64,000 nt of DNA from Candidatus Terraquivivens yellowstonensis (GCA_023539445.1 JAKCEW010000003.1:2250-66249); one strand, 5' to 3'; positions 18,629 to 29,208 are shown, numbered from the stretch's first letter. The notes: generated by a model not told the origin, from the sequence alone. Program-made: numbers and translations.

Positions 18629-20020
18629 TTAACTTACTTTTCTGAGTAATGCCACAAAGAAACCGTTGCACATATCGCGATGTGGATAAAACCTTCTGCA
18701 CTTATCTAAACCTAAAAGTCCCGGCGATCCTGATTTTATAGGAATTTCCTCAAGCTGAAAATTAGGATTGGATGTTAAGAATTCCTTGATTAAATTCTCG
18801 TTTTCTTCGAGTGTGACGCTACAAGTACAGTATAAGAGCAGACCGTGGTTCTTTACGTATTTTGCGGCGTTCTTTAACATTTTCTTCTGTATAGTTGAAA
18901 ATTTCTTTATTGTGGTAGGTCTTACAACCCATCTATAAGAGGGTTCGCGCCAAAACAGGCCAGTGGAACTACATGGAGGGTCAAGCATTACAACATCAGC
19001 GCTTATATGTGTCGGTAAATCCTGAGTAGCGTCGCAAAGAACGACGTCAGCATTCTCAACCCCTAAACGTCGCGTATACGAAATGTAGGTTTTTATCCTA
19101 TGCGATGATATATCGATGGAAAGGATCCTAGCTTTGTTTTGTGTGTAGATCGCAAACAAAGATGTTTTTATGCCAGGAGCGGCACAGATGTCTAAGATCT
19201 TCATGCCGCTTTTTGGTTGAGCAGAAATGACGGAGAATACGCTCGAAAAGTCCTGAATCGCTATAAGTCCACGTTTGTATGCCGCTAAATCCTTTACCGA
19301 TTTGGACGAAATTATTTTATAAAGTAAGGGCGCCCTCTTGTCTCTCTCAAATTCCACCCCGTCCTTTTCTAGAACCCTCAGTATTTCGTCTTCGGTTGCC
19401 TTCAACCTGTTGAGAATGAAATAAGTCGGCGGCTTTTCGTTGCTGATACGCATTAGCTCAATAGCTTCGGCTTTGCCCAATATGTTAAAAAGATATTCAA
19501 CAAACCACTTGGGATGCCCATACATAAGGCTTACGTATTCTAGATCATTCCCGCATTCTATTACCCTATCTTCAAACTTCAACGCATATAACCTACCGAG
19601 TAACGGTTCTAATGGTGCCATCCAGTCTTTTCCGAAGGCAATTCTCGCCGCTTGGGCGAATTTTGCAGCCTCAAGTCTATTGCAACCTTTTATGATTACT
19701 TGATTGGTAAAAAGTTCAAGAAGAATCCTCCGATCGGGCAAAAATGCCTCATCTTTTAACACTTTACTGAGTATTTTGGATAAAAGGTTCCTCCTCGTCC
19801 CATGCTCCCAGATCAGTCTTCTTGCTATTTCCACAGATTTTGCAGGATACTTTTTTTCTCGCACAACCTCGTAAAGGCATGATTTAAGGGAGTGCCTTGT
19901 TTCCCTATGTCTAGCGTAAGCCTGCACCACCGCTTTTAGAGCTGCACCTAAAATCTCCGGAGGAGTCACAACCAACCATCGGCTTGAGTTTTCGGCGCTC
20001 ATGCTTAACGTCACTAACAT
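18629..20020 (-). CDS. rRNA cytosine-C5 methyltransferase, RsmB/Nop2-like, with NusB-like N-terminal domain
   Basis: 463 aa. N-terminal antitermination-like helices, then motifs LDICAAPGIKT, DPPCSSTG and YCTCS. Confidence 0.7.
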   Translation of the reverse strand: MLVTLSMSAENSSRWLVVTPPEILGAALKAVVQAYARHRETRHSLKSCLYEVVREKKYPAKSVEIARRLIWEHGTRRNLLSKILSKVLKDEAFLPDRRILLELFTNQVIIKGCNRLEAAKFAQAARIAFGKDWMAPLEPLLGRLYALKFEDRVIECGNDLEYVSLMYGHPKWFVEYLFNILGKAEAIELMRISNEKPPTYFILNRLKATEDEILRVLEKDGVEFERDKRAPLLYKIISSKSVKDLAAYKRGLIAIQDFSSVFSVISAQPKSGMKILDICAAPGIKTSLFAIYTQNKARILSIDISSHRIKTYISYTRRLGVENADVVLCDATQDLPTHISADVVMLDPPCSSTGLFWREPSYRWVVRPTTIKKFSTIQKKMLKNAAKYVKNHGLLLYCTCSVTLEENENLIKEFLTSNPNFQLEEIPIKSGSPGLLGLDKCRRFYPHRDMCNGFFVALLRKVS

Positions 20021-20144
20021 AGGTTCCTAGATAGGACCGGTATACTACCATCGTGTAGGGGTGACCCAAAATATTAATATGTTAATATTTTTGAGTAAAA
20101 TTTGAGAATCGTTGTCGGCTGTGCCGACGGGCAGGGGGTAAAGG

Positions 20145-20444
20145 TTGAGTCAAAGTTTTAGTAGAGAGCCAACTCCAGTGTGCAACCCTCTTTGTAGGTT
20201 TTTTAGATGTGTCAAAAAAGCGCTGAACTATAAACAAAACCCTCCATTATGCGATTGGGTAGGCGGAGTGTGCACGGGTCATCGTTGTCCATACGCAAGC
20301 TGCATACAAGTAAAGCTGCTCCCAGACGGAAGATGTGGTCTGTTCGTCAAAAGGAAGACCGTTGAAACAGGCGAGCCGGAGATAAAGCTCGGGGCTGACG
20401 TTGCAATCAGGGCCAAGAAAAGGCTAGATAAGTTCGGCGCATAA
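20145..20444 (+). CDS. Small cysteine-rich protein (10 Cys in 99 aa), putative metal-binding
   Basis: CNPLCRFFRC ... CDWVGGVCTGHRCPYASC ... DGRCG. Function unknown. Confidence 0.3.
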   Translation: MSQSFSREPTPVCNPLCRFFRCVKKALNYKQNPPLCDWVGGVCTGHRCPYASCIQVKLLPDGRCGLFVKRKTVETGEPEIKLGADVAIRAKKRLDKFGA

Positions 20445-20483
20445 TGCATCACTCAATTTATATCCTACCGACCAAACACTTAG

Positions 20484-21248
20484 ATGACGTTGAGCGGTAG
20501 CATAGAAATCATAGGTATAAGGGGCTTACCGATCATCAGACCCGGTGACGACCTAGCTAGCATGATAGTTGAAGGCGCAAAAAAGATGGGCGTTGGTATA
20601 AAGGATGGCGACATTATAGTTGTCACACATGTTGCCGTGGCTAGAGCCGAGGGGAAAATAATACGACTTGAGGATGTCAAACCTTCCGAGTTGGCGGAAC
20701 GCATCGCTGAAGAGGTTGGAAAGGACCCTAGGCATGTTGAGGTCATACTAAGGGAGTCAAAGAGCATACTAAGAATGCATAACGGGATAATAATATCTAG
20801 GACAAAGCACGGAATTATCTGTGCTAACGCTGGTGTGGACGCTTCCAACGCATCTGAGGATGGCGGTGTCGTCACGCTACCAGACGACCCAGACTTATCG
20901 GCTAAGAGGATAAGGGAAGGGATAGAAAGACTCACAGGCTCGCGGGTTGCCGTTATTATATCAGATACACAAGGCAGACCTTTCCGTAGAGGTTTGATTA
21001 ACGTGGCCATAGGTTGTAGCGGCATACAACCGCTTTGGGATAGAAGGGGCGAGGTGGACCTTTTTGGGAGGACTTTACGTTCAAAGATTACATGTGTGGC
21101 AGACGAGTTATGTAGCGCAGCCGAGCTCGTGATAGGACAGGCTGCTGAAGGCATACCTGTAGCCATAATCAGAGGGTACAAATATGTGAGAGACGAGGTG
21201 CCTGCTTCCGTCATACTAAGGGAGAGGCATGAGGAACTCTTTATCTGA
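20484..21248 (+). CDS. cofE: Coenzyme F420-0:L-glutamate ligase
   Basis: 254 aa with the CofE signature segments GDIIVVTHVAVARAEG, TKHGIICANAGVD and AVIISDTQGRPFRRG. Confidence 0.75.
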   Translation: MTLSGSIEIIGIRGLPIIRPGDDLASMIVEGAKKMGVGIKDGDIIVVTHVAVARAEGKIIRLEDVKPSELAERIAEEVGKDPRHVEVILRESKSILRMHNGIIISRTKHGIICANAGVDASNASEDGGVVTLPDDPDLSAKRIREGIERLTGSRVAVIISDTQGRPFRRGLINVAIGCSGIQPLWDRRGEVDLFGRTLRSKITCVADELCSAAELVIGQAAEGIPVAIIRGYKYVRDEVPASVILRERHEELFI

Positions 21249-22002
21249 CCTTAACATTAAACCCGAAATAGTTACCAAGGTAGCTGAGAATCTACTTAAG
21301 CTCACTTTACAAGGCAACAGAACCACGATAGATACCTTAGCAGCATACAGCATGGTTTCAAGAGGTGTCGCGTATGAGGTTGTCGCAAGGTTGCTTGACA
21401 AAGATTTTGATGCAAACAATGTCGAGGTTGCAGACGATGTTAAGCTGACCGTAGTCCTAAAGTGTATTAGAAACGGTGCTCCTGCTGAAATTCTTGCCAG
21501 ATATTTGTCTTGGAAGAATTTTGAGGCACTCTCAGCAAAAGTTCTGAGGGAATATGGTTTTGATGTGTTAACGAACTTGAGGTTACAGTTTTTAAGAAAA
21601 AGATGTGAGATAGATGTTTTGGCTGCAAGAGATACCAACGTCTTACTTCTTGACTGCAAAAGATGGAATGCCATTCTAAGTGGAAAGAGATTATCGCTTG
21701 TATCAGAGAGCCAAATGAAAAGGGCACGGATGTTTTCGGAGTACCTCTTGAGTACGCTCGGGGAGGGAGGAATAGTTATTGAAATAATTCCAGCAATCCT
21801 GACACTTTATGGTTCGAGCAAATGGGTCGAGAGCGGCGTGGCGGTCGTTCCTATTGAGTTTCTGGGAAGTTTTGTCGAAAAGTTACCAGAGATAAAATAT
21901 AACCTTAAACGTATAAAAGTAAGGGTTAGTTCTACGTTGGATATTTGGTTTAGACAGCAAAGGGAAGGTAACGCCCCTCAGCGACCCTATGGTTCTTCAT
22001 AA
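21229..22002 (+). CDS. Hypothetical protein with PD-(D/E)xK nuclease-like core
   Basis: EIDVLAARDTNVLLLDCKRW matches the E/D...D-x-K restriction-endonuclease-fold motif. Its start overlaps the cofE end by 20 nt. Confidence 0.4.
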   Translation: MRNSLSDLNIKPEIVTKVAENLLKLTLQGNRTTIDTLAAYSMVSRGVAYEVVARLLDKDFDANNVEVADDVKLTVVLKCIRNGAPAEILARYLSWKNFEALSAKVLREYGFDVLTNLRLQFLRKRCEIDVLAARDTNVLLLDCKRWNAILSGKRLSLVSESQMKRARMFSEYLLSTLGEGGIVIEIIPAILTLYGSSKWVESGVAVVPIEFLGSFVEKLPEIKYNLKRIKVRVSSTLDIWFRQQREGNAPQRPYGSS

Positions 22003-22101
22003 GCTCCGTGTGAGCTTTGGGCTCTTCATTGGGGCAAAATTTAGATATAAAGTCCTACCGTATAAACATTCGGATATAAATGGGTACATTTTTGTGCCAA
22101 A

Positions 22102-22572
22102 TTAATACCCACATTCTTTTTCGATCATCTCAACGCATTTTGGTACAGCAACCTTTACCTCCTCACTCAGTCCCTCTTGGTAGCAACGCGGTTCTTGGAT
22201 TGTTATCCCAAAAATAACCACTTCATCCGGAAAAGACTCTCTATCGATAGCTTTAATGAGTTCAACGGAGGTTACGAAGTCTATATCGTGAAAACCGATA
22301 AATCGCTTGGGTGTTGTTTTGATGTCCTCAAGCGTTAACCTCAGTATTTTTCCGGGTTCGGTACCTTCCTCAACCAAGGCATCTACGATTATTGCCTTCT
22401 CGTAACCGAGCATCGCCTCCGCCACGGCTAAACCTCCGGCGCATAGCTCGATGACATCAACGAGTCCAGCCAAGCGCCTCTTTAACTCGGATGCTACAAC
22501 TAGACCTACCATATCGTCGCCAAGTATCGGATTACCAAGCCCTATCACGACCGTCCCGCGCTTTCTATTCAA
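22102..22572 (-). CDS. Hydrogenase maturation endoprotease (HycI/HybD family)
   Basis: 156 aa with VIGLGNPILGDDMVG and a conserved His/Asp metal site, characteristic of [NiFe]-hydrogenase C-terminal processing proteases. Confidence 0.75.
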   Translation of the reverse strand: MNRKRGTVVIGLGNPILGDDMVGLVVASELKRRLAGLVDVIELCAGGLAVAEAMLGYEKAIIVDALVEEGTEPGKILRLTLEDIKTTPKRFIGFHDIDFVTSVELIKAIDRESFPDEVVIFGITIQEPRCYQEGLSEEVKVAVPKCVEMIEKECGY

Positions 22573-22750
22573 GGGGTCTTATCCCGGCCACGAGTTTTTC
22601 GTTAGCATCATATATACGTATTATAAACAACGTCTTGGTAGCATAATTATGGCCTGAGTGCTTTTTTAATGCTAAATAAATACCTTTAATTATCGGCATT
22701 GATTTCGGCAAAGTACAATATATGTTATAGTTTGTGGAGATTTTGTATAG

Positions 22751-25045
22751 TTGATGGAAAAAGTTAGGGCCGAGATCAGGGTTTCGGGCATAGTCCAAGG
22801 AGTGGGTTTCAGGCCGTTCATCTACAGAATCGCCGTTAATATGGGACTTAAAGGGATGGTTCAGAATCTAAAAGATGCGACCGTTAGGATAGTCGTAGAA
22901 GGGCCCGAGTCCAGCATAAAGTCCTTTTTGGATGCCATGATTAAGGAGAAGCCGCCTTTAGCCCGTATAACCAAAGTTGATGTGAGTTACTCAGAACCGA
23001 AGAACGATTTTAATGATTTCAAGATAATGATGAGTTCGGAGCAAGGCTCGGTTGCGGGTTCTGTGATACCGGCGGATGTTGCAATATGCGATGACTGTAT
23101 CAGAGAACTCTTGGACCCTAATGACAGAAGGTTCGGCTACTTTTTTATAACATGCACGAATTGCGGGCCGAGGTTCACCGCTATATTGGATACGCCATAC
23201 GATAGACACAATACATCAATGAGAGATTTCCCGATGTGTAAATCATGTAGTTCCGAATATGAGGACCCTCTGAATAGGCGATTTCATGCTCAAACTATCG
23301 CATGTCCCGAGTGCGGTCCGATTGTTTATCTAACAACTAATGATGGAGAATTGATTGAATGTAAAGACCCCATAAAGGAAGCCGCCAGGCTTATCGATGA
23401 GGGATACATAGTGGCGGTAAAAGGCAACGGAGGCTTTCATGTGGCAACGGCAACGACGATCTCGGAGCCCATAATAAGGCTTAGGAAGGTTAAGCATAGA
23501 CGACAAAAACCTTTTGCAATAATGGCTAAAGATTTGGAGAGCATAAAAACTTTCGCTGTAGTTAGCGACCAAGAAGAAGAGCTGCTCAAATCCCCAGCGC
23601 ACCCCATCGTTTTATTACGTAAAAGCGAGGATTACTACCTATCTGAGGAAATCGCGCCGGGTCTTCACAACATAGGCGTAATGCTACCTTATACTGGCCT
23701 TCATTTTCTCCTACTGCTTAACAGTAAGGAGCCAGCCTATGTGATGACGAGTGCAAACCCTTCAGGTGAGCCGATAGTTATACAAAATCAAGAGGCCTAC
23801 ATAAGGATCGGAAAGGATGTTGACTACATGCTCCTCCACAACCGAGAAATCGTTAATAGATGTGACGATTCTGTGGTAAGAATAGTTGACGGCTCTACTA
23901 GCTTTATACGTCGTTCGAGGGGCTATGCGCCGGAGCCGATTGTTTTACCGCATGAATATGGTAAAAACGTCTTTGCTTTAGGTGGTGAGCTTAACGTTGC
24001 CGCTTGCATCCTCATGGGCGATAGGGCTTTCTTAACGCAACATATTGGAGACGTAGAATGCGTGGAAACCTATGAATTTTTGAAATCGGCAATCCATCAC
24101 CTAGCTAGGCTTATTAGGGCACAACCAGAGTTGATAGTCCACGATCTACACCCAGGGTTCCAGACAACTAGGCTTGCGAAGGAGCTGGCTGAAAAGATTG
24201 GCGTGCCGACGTTGGCCGTCCAGCACCATCATGCGCACGTTGTCTCGGTAATGGCAGAATATGGTTTAGAGGAGGCCATAGGAATAGCATGTGACGGGTT
24301 CGGTTATGGTAGCGATGGCTTGGCGTGGGGTGGTGAGATTCTTTTATGTGATGGTAACGGTTACCACCGTTTGGGACATCTGGAGAACCATCCAATGCCG
24401 GGTGGCGACCTAGCTGCAAAATATCCAGCAAGGATGGCCGCAGGAATACTGTTTGGGTCAAATATATGCGAGGAGTGGTTATTTTCGAATACCGATAAGC
24501 TTCCGAGGGGAAGGGAAGAGGCAGAGATATTATTGAAACAACTTAAGAGCGGAAGGAACATAAAGACTTCGAGTGCTGGTAGAGTTTTGGACAGTGTCGC
24601 GACCATATTAGGTGTATGCCATGAAAGGACTTACGAGGGCGAGCCTGCTATGAAGCTCGAATCCAAGGCGATAGGTGGTTCAGACATCCTAGGTCTGAAG
24701 CCAGAAATAAAAGGTAGGGTCTTGAATACGAAGCACATGGTAGAATCAATTGCTGAGATTACAATGAAAGGGCTGGATCCAAAGAAAGTGAGAGACCTTG
24801 CCTTCTCGGCCCAAAATTATTTGGCGTTAGGCTTAGCTGAGTTTGCCTCGGAAATTGCAATCAGTGAAGGGGTGAGAAATGTTGTTTTCACTGGCGGCGT
24901 GGCTTACAACGAGCAAATAACGGCGACTATAAGACGAATTGTTGAGAACAATGGATTAAGATTCTACACGAACACGAAAGTCCCACCCGGCGATGGTGGA
25001 CTCTCGCTTGGTCAAGCAGTAATCGCTGCTAAACTAAGCGGCTAG
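22751..25045 (+). CDS. hypF: [NiFe]-hydrogenase maturation carbamoyltransferase HypF
   Basis: 764 aa with an acylphosphatase domain, two Zn-finger CxxC pairs (CDDC, CTNCGPR, CKSC, CPECGP), a YrdC-like domain and a Kae1-like domain. Confidence 0.9.
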   Translation: MMEKVRAEIRVSGIVQGVGFRPFIYRIAVNMGLKGMVQNLKDATVRIVVEGPESSIKSFLDAMIKEKPPLARITKVDVSYSEPKNDFNDFKIMMSSEQGSVAGSVIPADVAICDDCIRELLDPNDRRFGYFFITCTNCGPRFTAILDTPYDRHNTSMRDFPMCKSCSSEYEDPLNRRFHAQTIACPECGPIVYLTTNDGELIECKDPIKEAARLIDEGYIVAVKGNGGFHVATATTISEPIIRLRKVKHRRQKPFAIMAKDLESIKTFAVVSDQEEELLKSPAHPIVLLRKSEDYYLSEEIAPGLHNIGVMLPYTGLHFLLLLNSKEPAYVMTSANPSGEPIVIQNQEAYIRIGKDVDYMLLHNREIVNRCDDSVVRIVDGSTSFIRRSRGYAPEPIVLPHEYGKNVFALGGELNVAACILMGDRAFLTQHIGDVECVETYEFLKSAIHHLARLIRAQPELIVHDLHPGFQTTRLAKELAEKIGVPTLAVQHHHAHVVSVMAEYGLEEAIGIACDGFGYGSDGLAWGGEILLCDGNGYHRLGHLENHPMPGGDLAAKYPARMAAGILFGSNICEEWLFSNTDKLPRGREEAEILLKQLKSGRNIKTSSAGRVLDSVATILGVCHERTYEGEPAMKLESKAIGGSDILGLKPEIKGRVLNTKHMVESIAEITMKGLDPKKVRDLAFSAQNYLALGLAEFASEIAISEGVRNVVFTGGVAYNEQITATIRRIVENNGLRFYTNTKVPPGDGGLSLGQAVIAAKLSG

Positions 25046-25121
25046 CACTATAAAAAACTTGAAAACCATCAAATAACTGAGAAGCAGATATAAGGTGGCA
25101 ATCCTTTAAATTTATGATCAT

Positions 25122-25934
25122 ATGGGCTGGTCTGAAAAGACAAATGGTAACCTAACAATTAGCGAGAGAGTTAAAAAGGCGATGCAAAATCTGGGTCTTA
25201 CAGATTATGAGGTTAGGGCATACCTTCCGCTTATCCAAATGGGACCGCTGACCGCTAGTGAGTTGAGTAACATAGCCGAGATACCCTACTCGAAGATTTA
25301 CGAAGTGCTGGGAAGCTTGGAAGAAAAGGGATGGGTCAAGGTTGGAGGTGGAAGGCCTGCGAAATATTATGCAAAATCTCCCGTTACGGCTGTTGAAACC
25401 ATGAAATTGAAGCTTGAAGAAAAACTCCAACAAAATGGTGAGATAATAATCTCTGAGCTCATGCCAATCTTCGAGAATAGGTGGGCTAAGGAAAAGCCCG
25501 ATATCTGGATATTGAGGGGGGAACAGAATATCTTAGCTAAGCTGAAGGAACTCATCGCTAATTGCGAGCGGGAGCTTCTATTAGCGACCCCATCCCTTCC
25601 TAAGGAAGTTTTACATGCACTGTTACCGTTTTTCATAACGATCAAGGGTAAGAACGGCAGGATACAAATAATGCTCACACCGGACACTGACCAACAAACC
25701 TTGAAAAAGTTAGCTGAGGTTGCAGAGGTCAGAATTAGGGAACATATGTTTGGCTGCGGTGCAATCCGTGATTCGAAGGAGGTTATGATAATATTTTCGG
25801 CCGAGAATGGAAAGAGGCCGGCCATAGCCATATGGTCGGAGCACATAAGTTTGGCAAAGTTTGCTAGGGATTACTTTGATTATCTTTGGAATAGCGCATA
25901 CGTCGTAAAAAAGTTTAAAGCCAACAATGAATAG
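25122..25934 (+). CDS. TrmB-family transcriptional regulator
   Basis: N-terminal wHTH LTDYEVRAYLPLIQMGPLTASELSNIAEIPYSKIYEVLGSLEEKGWV, with a TrmB-like C-terminal domain. Confidence 0.7.
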   Translation: MGWSEKTNGNLTISERVKKAMQNLGLTDYEVRAYLPLIQMGPLTASELSNIAEIPYSKIYEVLGSLEEKGWVKVGGGRPAKYYAKSPVTAVETMKLKLEEKLQQNGEIIISELMPIFENRWAKEKPDIWILRGEQNILAKLKELIANCERELLLATPSLPKEVLHALLPFFITIKGKNGRIQIMLTPDTDQQTLKKLAEVAEVRIREHMFGCGAIRDSKEVMIIFSAENGKRPAIAIWSEHISLAKFARDYFDYLWNSAYVVKKFKANNE

Positions 25935-25945
25935 GCTCGAACAGT

Positions 25946-28753
25946 ATGCGGGTTTCAAATCACCCAAACAGCAGCTCGTCATCAAGAAAATGGGCAATTA
26001 GGATAGTAGCGGTAATAATAATCTTATTGATATTTTTTGCAACAGGTAGTCAGACAGTTAACCTAATCCTAAACTTCGTGGAGTTCGGCGAACTTTTCAT
26101 AAGGCCCTTTTACTATGCTTTGGTTGGCGGCCTAGTGCTTTCAGCGATAGCCTTCTTTAGGGTTGACTTTAAGAACAGAAGGTCGCTTCTTTTTTGGTTC
26201 TTCAAGTTACTTGTAAACATTGTCAGAAGCCCCGGCATAATCCATCTCGATCTGATAGATTTCTCAAACTTCAAGATGAGCGTGCGTAACTTTGTAATCT
26301 GGCAGATAACTAAAACAATAGTGGGCACACTATTCTTCACGAATACGCTCTTCGGTATGTCAGTGCTGGCAATGCTGAACGGATGGGACTCGAAGCTAGG
26401 CGAGGTTTGGAGGATATTTTCTTTACCGTTCATCACACCATCTCCGAATGAAGCGTTCGCCCAAAGCACAGTAATACCAGCGCTTCCAGCACTATTGCTT
26501 ATTATACCTCCACTACTCAGCGCATTGGGGGTCAGACTTATCGTTCTGGTAGGCATAACACAACTTGTCAAAAGCATTAGTATATCGATCGTAAAGTATT
26601 TTGAGGAAGGTAGAGTCATAATACCGATTGCCACGATAGAAGCGCTAATATCGGTCGGGCTCTTCTGGACTGCTCTTAATTCGTTCTTCACAACATACAT
26701 TGATTATAATACGAAGGTGACTTTGATAGCAACAATAACTATTGCGACATTATTTGCAATTTATGCATTTATTGATCACCGTAAGTTGGGCAGGTTGGGA
26801 AACATTTACGTAAGAATTGGAACCATAGTGCTCGTTGCCCTGTTAGCAGGTTCTGTCATCGCTATACAGAACAGCATAGCGGATGCGAGAAAAGTGGAGT
26901 GGTTAGGTCCTTATGTCGTTCAAGAAATATCAGTAAACCGCTATCTGGCAGAGCTTGATAAGATCAAGGAATTAACTTACAATTTTTCCATAAAGGAGAT
27001 ACGTCAAGATATGATTTCTCTATACGTTGAAAGGAACAAGAACATATTATCGAAAATTAGGCTGTGGGATTGGGATGCCGCATTCACGAAGCTTAAACCA
27101 GAAATAGGCCTTATACCGTATGTTGACTTCGAAGATTCTGACATAATAAGGTTCAACGATACACTTTACTGGAGCGCATCCATGAAACCGATACTACCAG
27201 CATTCGTGAGACCTGAAGATCGTTGGTTCAACGAGCACATGGTTTATACGCATGTGCCAAATGGCTTCCTTATGCTGAATGCGCATAATGGGACGATTGA
27301 AGATTCTAGCAAATTCTTCAAACAACGTAGAATCTACTACGGAGAGGGGGGTTTGCTTTCAACAACATGGTCGGCTTACATAGTTGGCGAGGGGACGAGT
27401 AAGGAGGTTACCGGGCATTTTTACTCAGGAAAAGGTGGCGTGGATGCTCAGCCGCCATTGAGCTGGCTGTTTGACGTAACTTTCATGCTATCATATCCCG
27501 ACAAAACCGTTCACATAATGAGGTATAAGGATGTGTACGATAGGATGAAACTTCTATTCCCTTATTTCTCGTATGAATGGGGAAACTCACCGATCGATAT
27601 GTTTCCTGTGACGGATGGTGAAAGGACCTACTGGTTGATGCCGCTTATCTTCAAGGTACCTGCTGAGAATGTGCCATGGAGCAGGGGAGAGCTCTTCGCG
27701 CGCTTCGTCGGATACTCGCTGATAGACATCTACGATGGTACGATACAACTTATAATAATAGGCGACGATTTCTTCAGCGAACTATTCAAAAATCTTTATG
27801 CCGAGTATGTTAGCACTGAAATTCCTGCCTGGTTGTATAAACAAACAAGATATCCTGTCGAATTGTTTGAGTGGAGGATTAATATGTACAATAAGTATCA
27901 TGTCAGAGATCCCGCTACATTTATAGGTGCAAGGGAGTTCTACGAAATTCCTGAAGGGCTTGAAACATACTTCATATACGCACAGCCGCCTGGTTTCGAT
28001 GGTGTCGAGTTCGTCGGCATACTTTCTTTACAACTTAAAGGCGCTTTAGGAAAGAATCTTGCGGGTTATGCCGTGGTAAGAAACGATTACCCCCACCTTG
28101 GCGAAGTGCTCGTCTATAAAGTTCCCCTAGAGTCTACGGTTAAGCTTTTAGGCCCGACGGCGGCAATTGAGACCCTAAAAAGGGACCCGGTCTTTAAACA
28201 AATGGAAACGTTGCTCAGAAACCCAAGGATAGGCGACAATATACTATACCAAATTGGTGATTACCCAGTTTACTTTATACCAGTATACACCGCACCAGCG
28301 GAGGGCGTCATAACAACGATCGGTACTGTAGCCGCCGTGGGAGCTGCATTTACTGGAGAATACTATGTGGGTCTTGGTTCTACGCCCGAAGAGGCATTTA
28401 GAGCATTCTTGTCAAAGTTGGCAGGGCTGGAAACACCTCCTCCCAGAATTATGGAGGAAGGACAAAAGATTTCCGACGTTAAGGAGTTTGTTAGGACATT
28501 ATTAGAGCGTGCAAACGTCACAATAGCGAGACCTGAAAAGATAAACGCCCACTTAGTTTTCTCTGAAGGTAAAGTAAGCGTGAAGTCAACTGAGGACTAC
28601 AAGAAGGTGGAAGGCCTGGTTCAGGCGTTTATAAAAGAATGGGCAGGGAATAGGGTTCTAGAGTGGGTAGAGGGTAATGTTATTAACTACGGCGTCATTA
28701 TAGTAGAAAATGGGATAGTAGAGTTGCATTACATATCCATCATTTTGGAATAG
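25946..28753 (+). CDS. Large integral membrane protein, UPF0182/COG1615-like
   Basis: 935 aa. Several N-terminal TM helices are followed by a long soluble region. Size and topology match the UPF0182 family found in archaea. Confidence 0.45.
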   Translation: MRVSNHPNSSSSSRKWAIRIVAVIIILLIFFATGSQTVNLILNFVEFGELFIRPFYYALVGGLVLSAIAFFRVDFKNRRSLLFWFFKLLVNIVRSPGIIHLDLIDFSNFKMSVRNFVIWQITKTIVGTLFFTNTLFGMSVLAMLNGWDSKLGEVWRIFSLPFITPSPNEAFAQSTVIPALPALLLIIPPLLSALGVRLIVLVGITQLVKSISISIVKYFEEGRVIIPIATIEALISVGLFWTALNSFFTTYIDYNTKVTLIATITIATLFAIYAFIDHRKLGRLGNIYVRIGTIVLVALLAGSVIAIQNSIADARKVEWLGPYVVQEISVNRYLAELDKIKELTYNFSIKEIRQDMISLYVERNKNILSKIRLWDWDAAFTKLKPEIGLIPYVDFEDSDIIRFNDTLYWSASMKPILPAFVRPEDRWFNEHMVYTHVPNGFLMLNAHNGTIEDSSKFFKQRRIYYGEGGLLSTTWSAYIVGEGTSKEVTGHFYSGKGGVDAQPPLSWLFDVTFMLSYPDKTVHIMRYKDVYDRMKLLFPYFSYEWGNSPIDMFPVTDGERTYWLMPLIFKVPAENVPWSRGELFARFVGYSLIDIYDGTIQLIIIGDDFFSELFKNLYAEYVSTEIPAWLYKQTRYPVELFEWRINMYNKYHVRDPATFIGAREFYEIPEGLETYFIYAQPPGFDGVEFVGILSLQLKGALGKNLAGYAVVRNDYPHLGEVLVYKVPLESTVKLLGPTAAIETLKRDPVFKQMETLLRNPRIGDNILYQIGDYPVYFIPVYTAPAEGVITTIGTVAAVGAAFTGEYYVGLGSTPEEAFRAFLSKLAGLETPPPRIMEEGQKISDVKEFVRTLLERANVTIARPEKINAHLVFSEGKVSVKSTEDYKKVEGLVQAFIKEWAGNRVLEWVEGNVINYGVIIVENGIVELHYISIILE

Positions 28754-28756
28754 CCG

Positions 28757-29188
28757 GTGCGAATAATGCAGACCAGCAAAGACCGTAGGGTTCAGGAGCT
28801 CAGGCCCTTGGCAATGGCACTTTTAGCGGCACTCATCATAGTCATCATTGTCTTTACCCTCAGGGTACAGAGAGGTTTTGTAGGAATCTTGCTGGCATTG
28901 CTCACGGCATTCGTTCTATTCTACTGGATAAAAGAGGTACGTAAGATGCTCAAAAAGCCAGGGCTAAGGGACTTCATATATGAAGTGCTGGATGAAGGAA
29001 ATTATGTGAGCATAATCGCGCAAGTTCCAGGCCCTGAAGAATACGTAAAAGTTTTGACGTCAGGCAAACGCATAATTATAAAAGGCGGCGGCGGTTTTAG
29101 AAAGACCGTGGTTTTGCCATGTAAAGTGGAGTTAGTACAGCAATCGTATAAAAATGGGGTTTTAACAATAAAAATGCAAAAATTGTAG
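28757..29188 (+). CDS. Small membrane-anchored protein with Hsp20/alpha-crystallin-like C-terminal beta domain
   Basis: 143 aa. One TM helix, then YEVLDEGNYVSIIAQVPGPEEYVKV...GVLTIKM, which resembles an ACD fold. Confidence 0.3.
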   Translation: MRIMQTSKDRRVQELRPLAMALLAALIIVIIVFTLRVQRGFVGILLALLTAFVLFYWIKEVRKMLKKPGLRDFIYEVLDEGNYVSIIAQVPGPEEYVKVLTSGKRIIIKGGGGFRKTVVLPCKVELVQQSYKNGVLTIKMQKL

Positions 29189-29208
29189 ATTTTTAGGGTG
29201 TTTAAATC

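Noticed and set aside
20480-21214. 244-aa ORF antisense to cofE
   Set aside because: The cofE frame carries clear family motifs. The antisense frame is Ser/Thr/Pro-rich with no motif. It looks like a shadow ORF.
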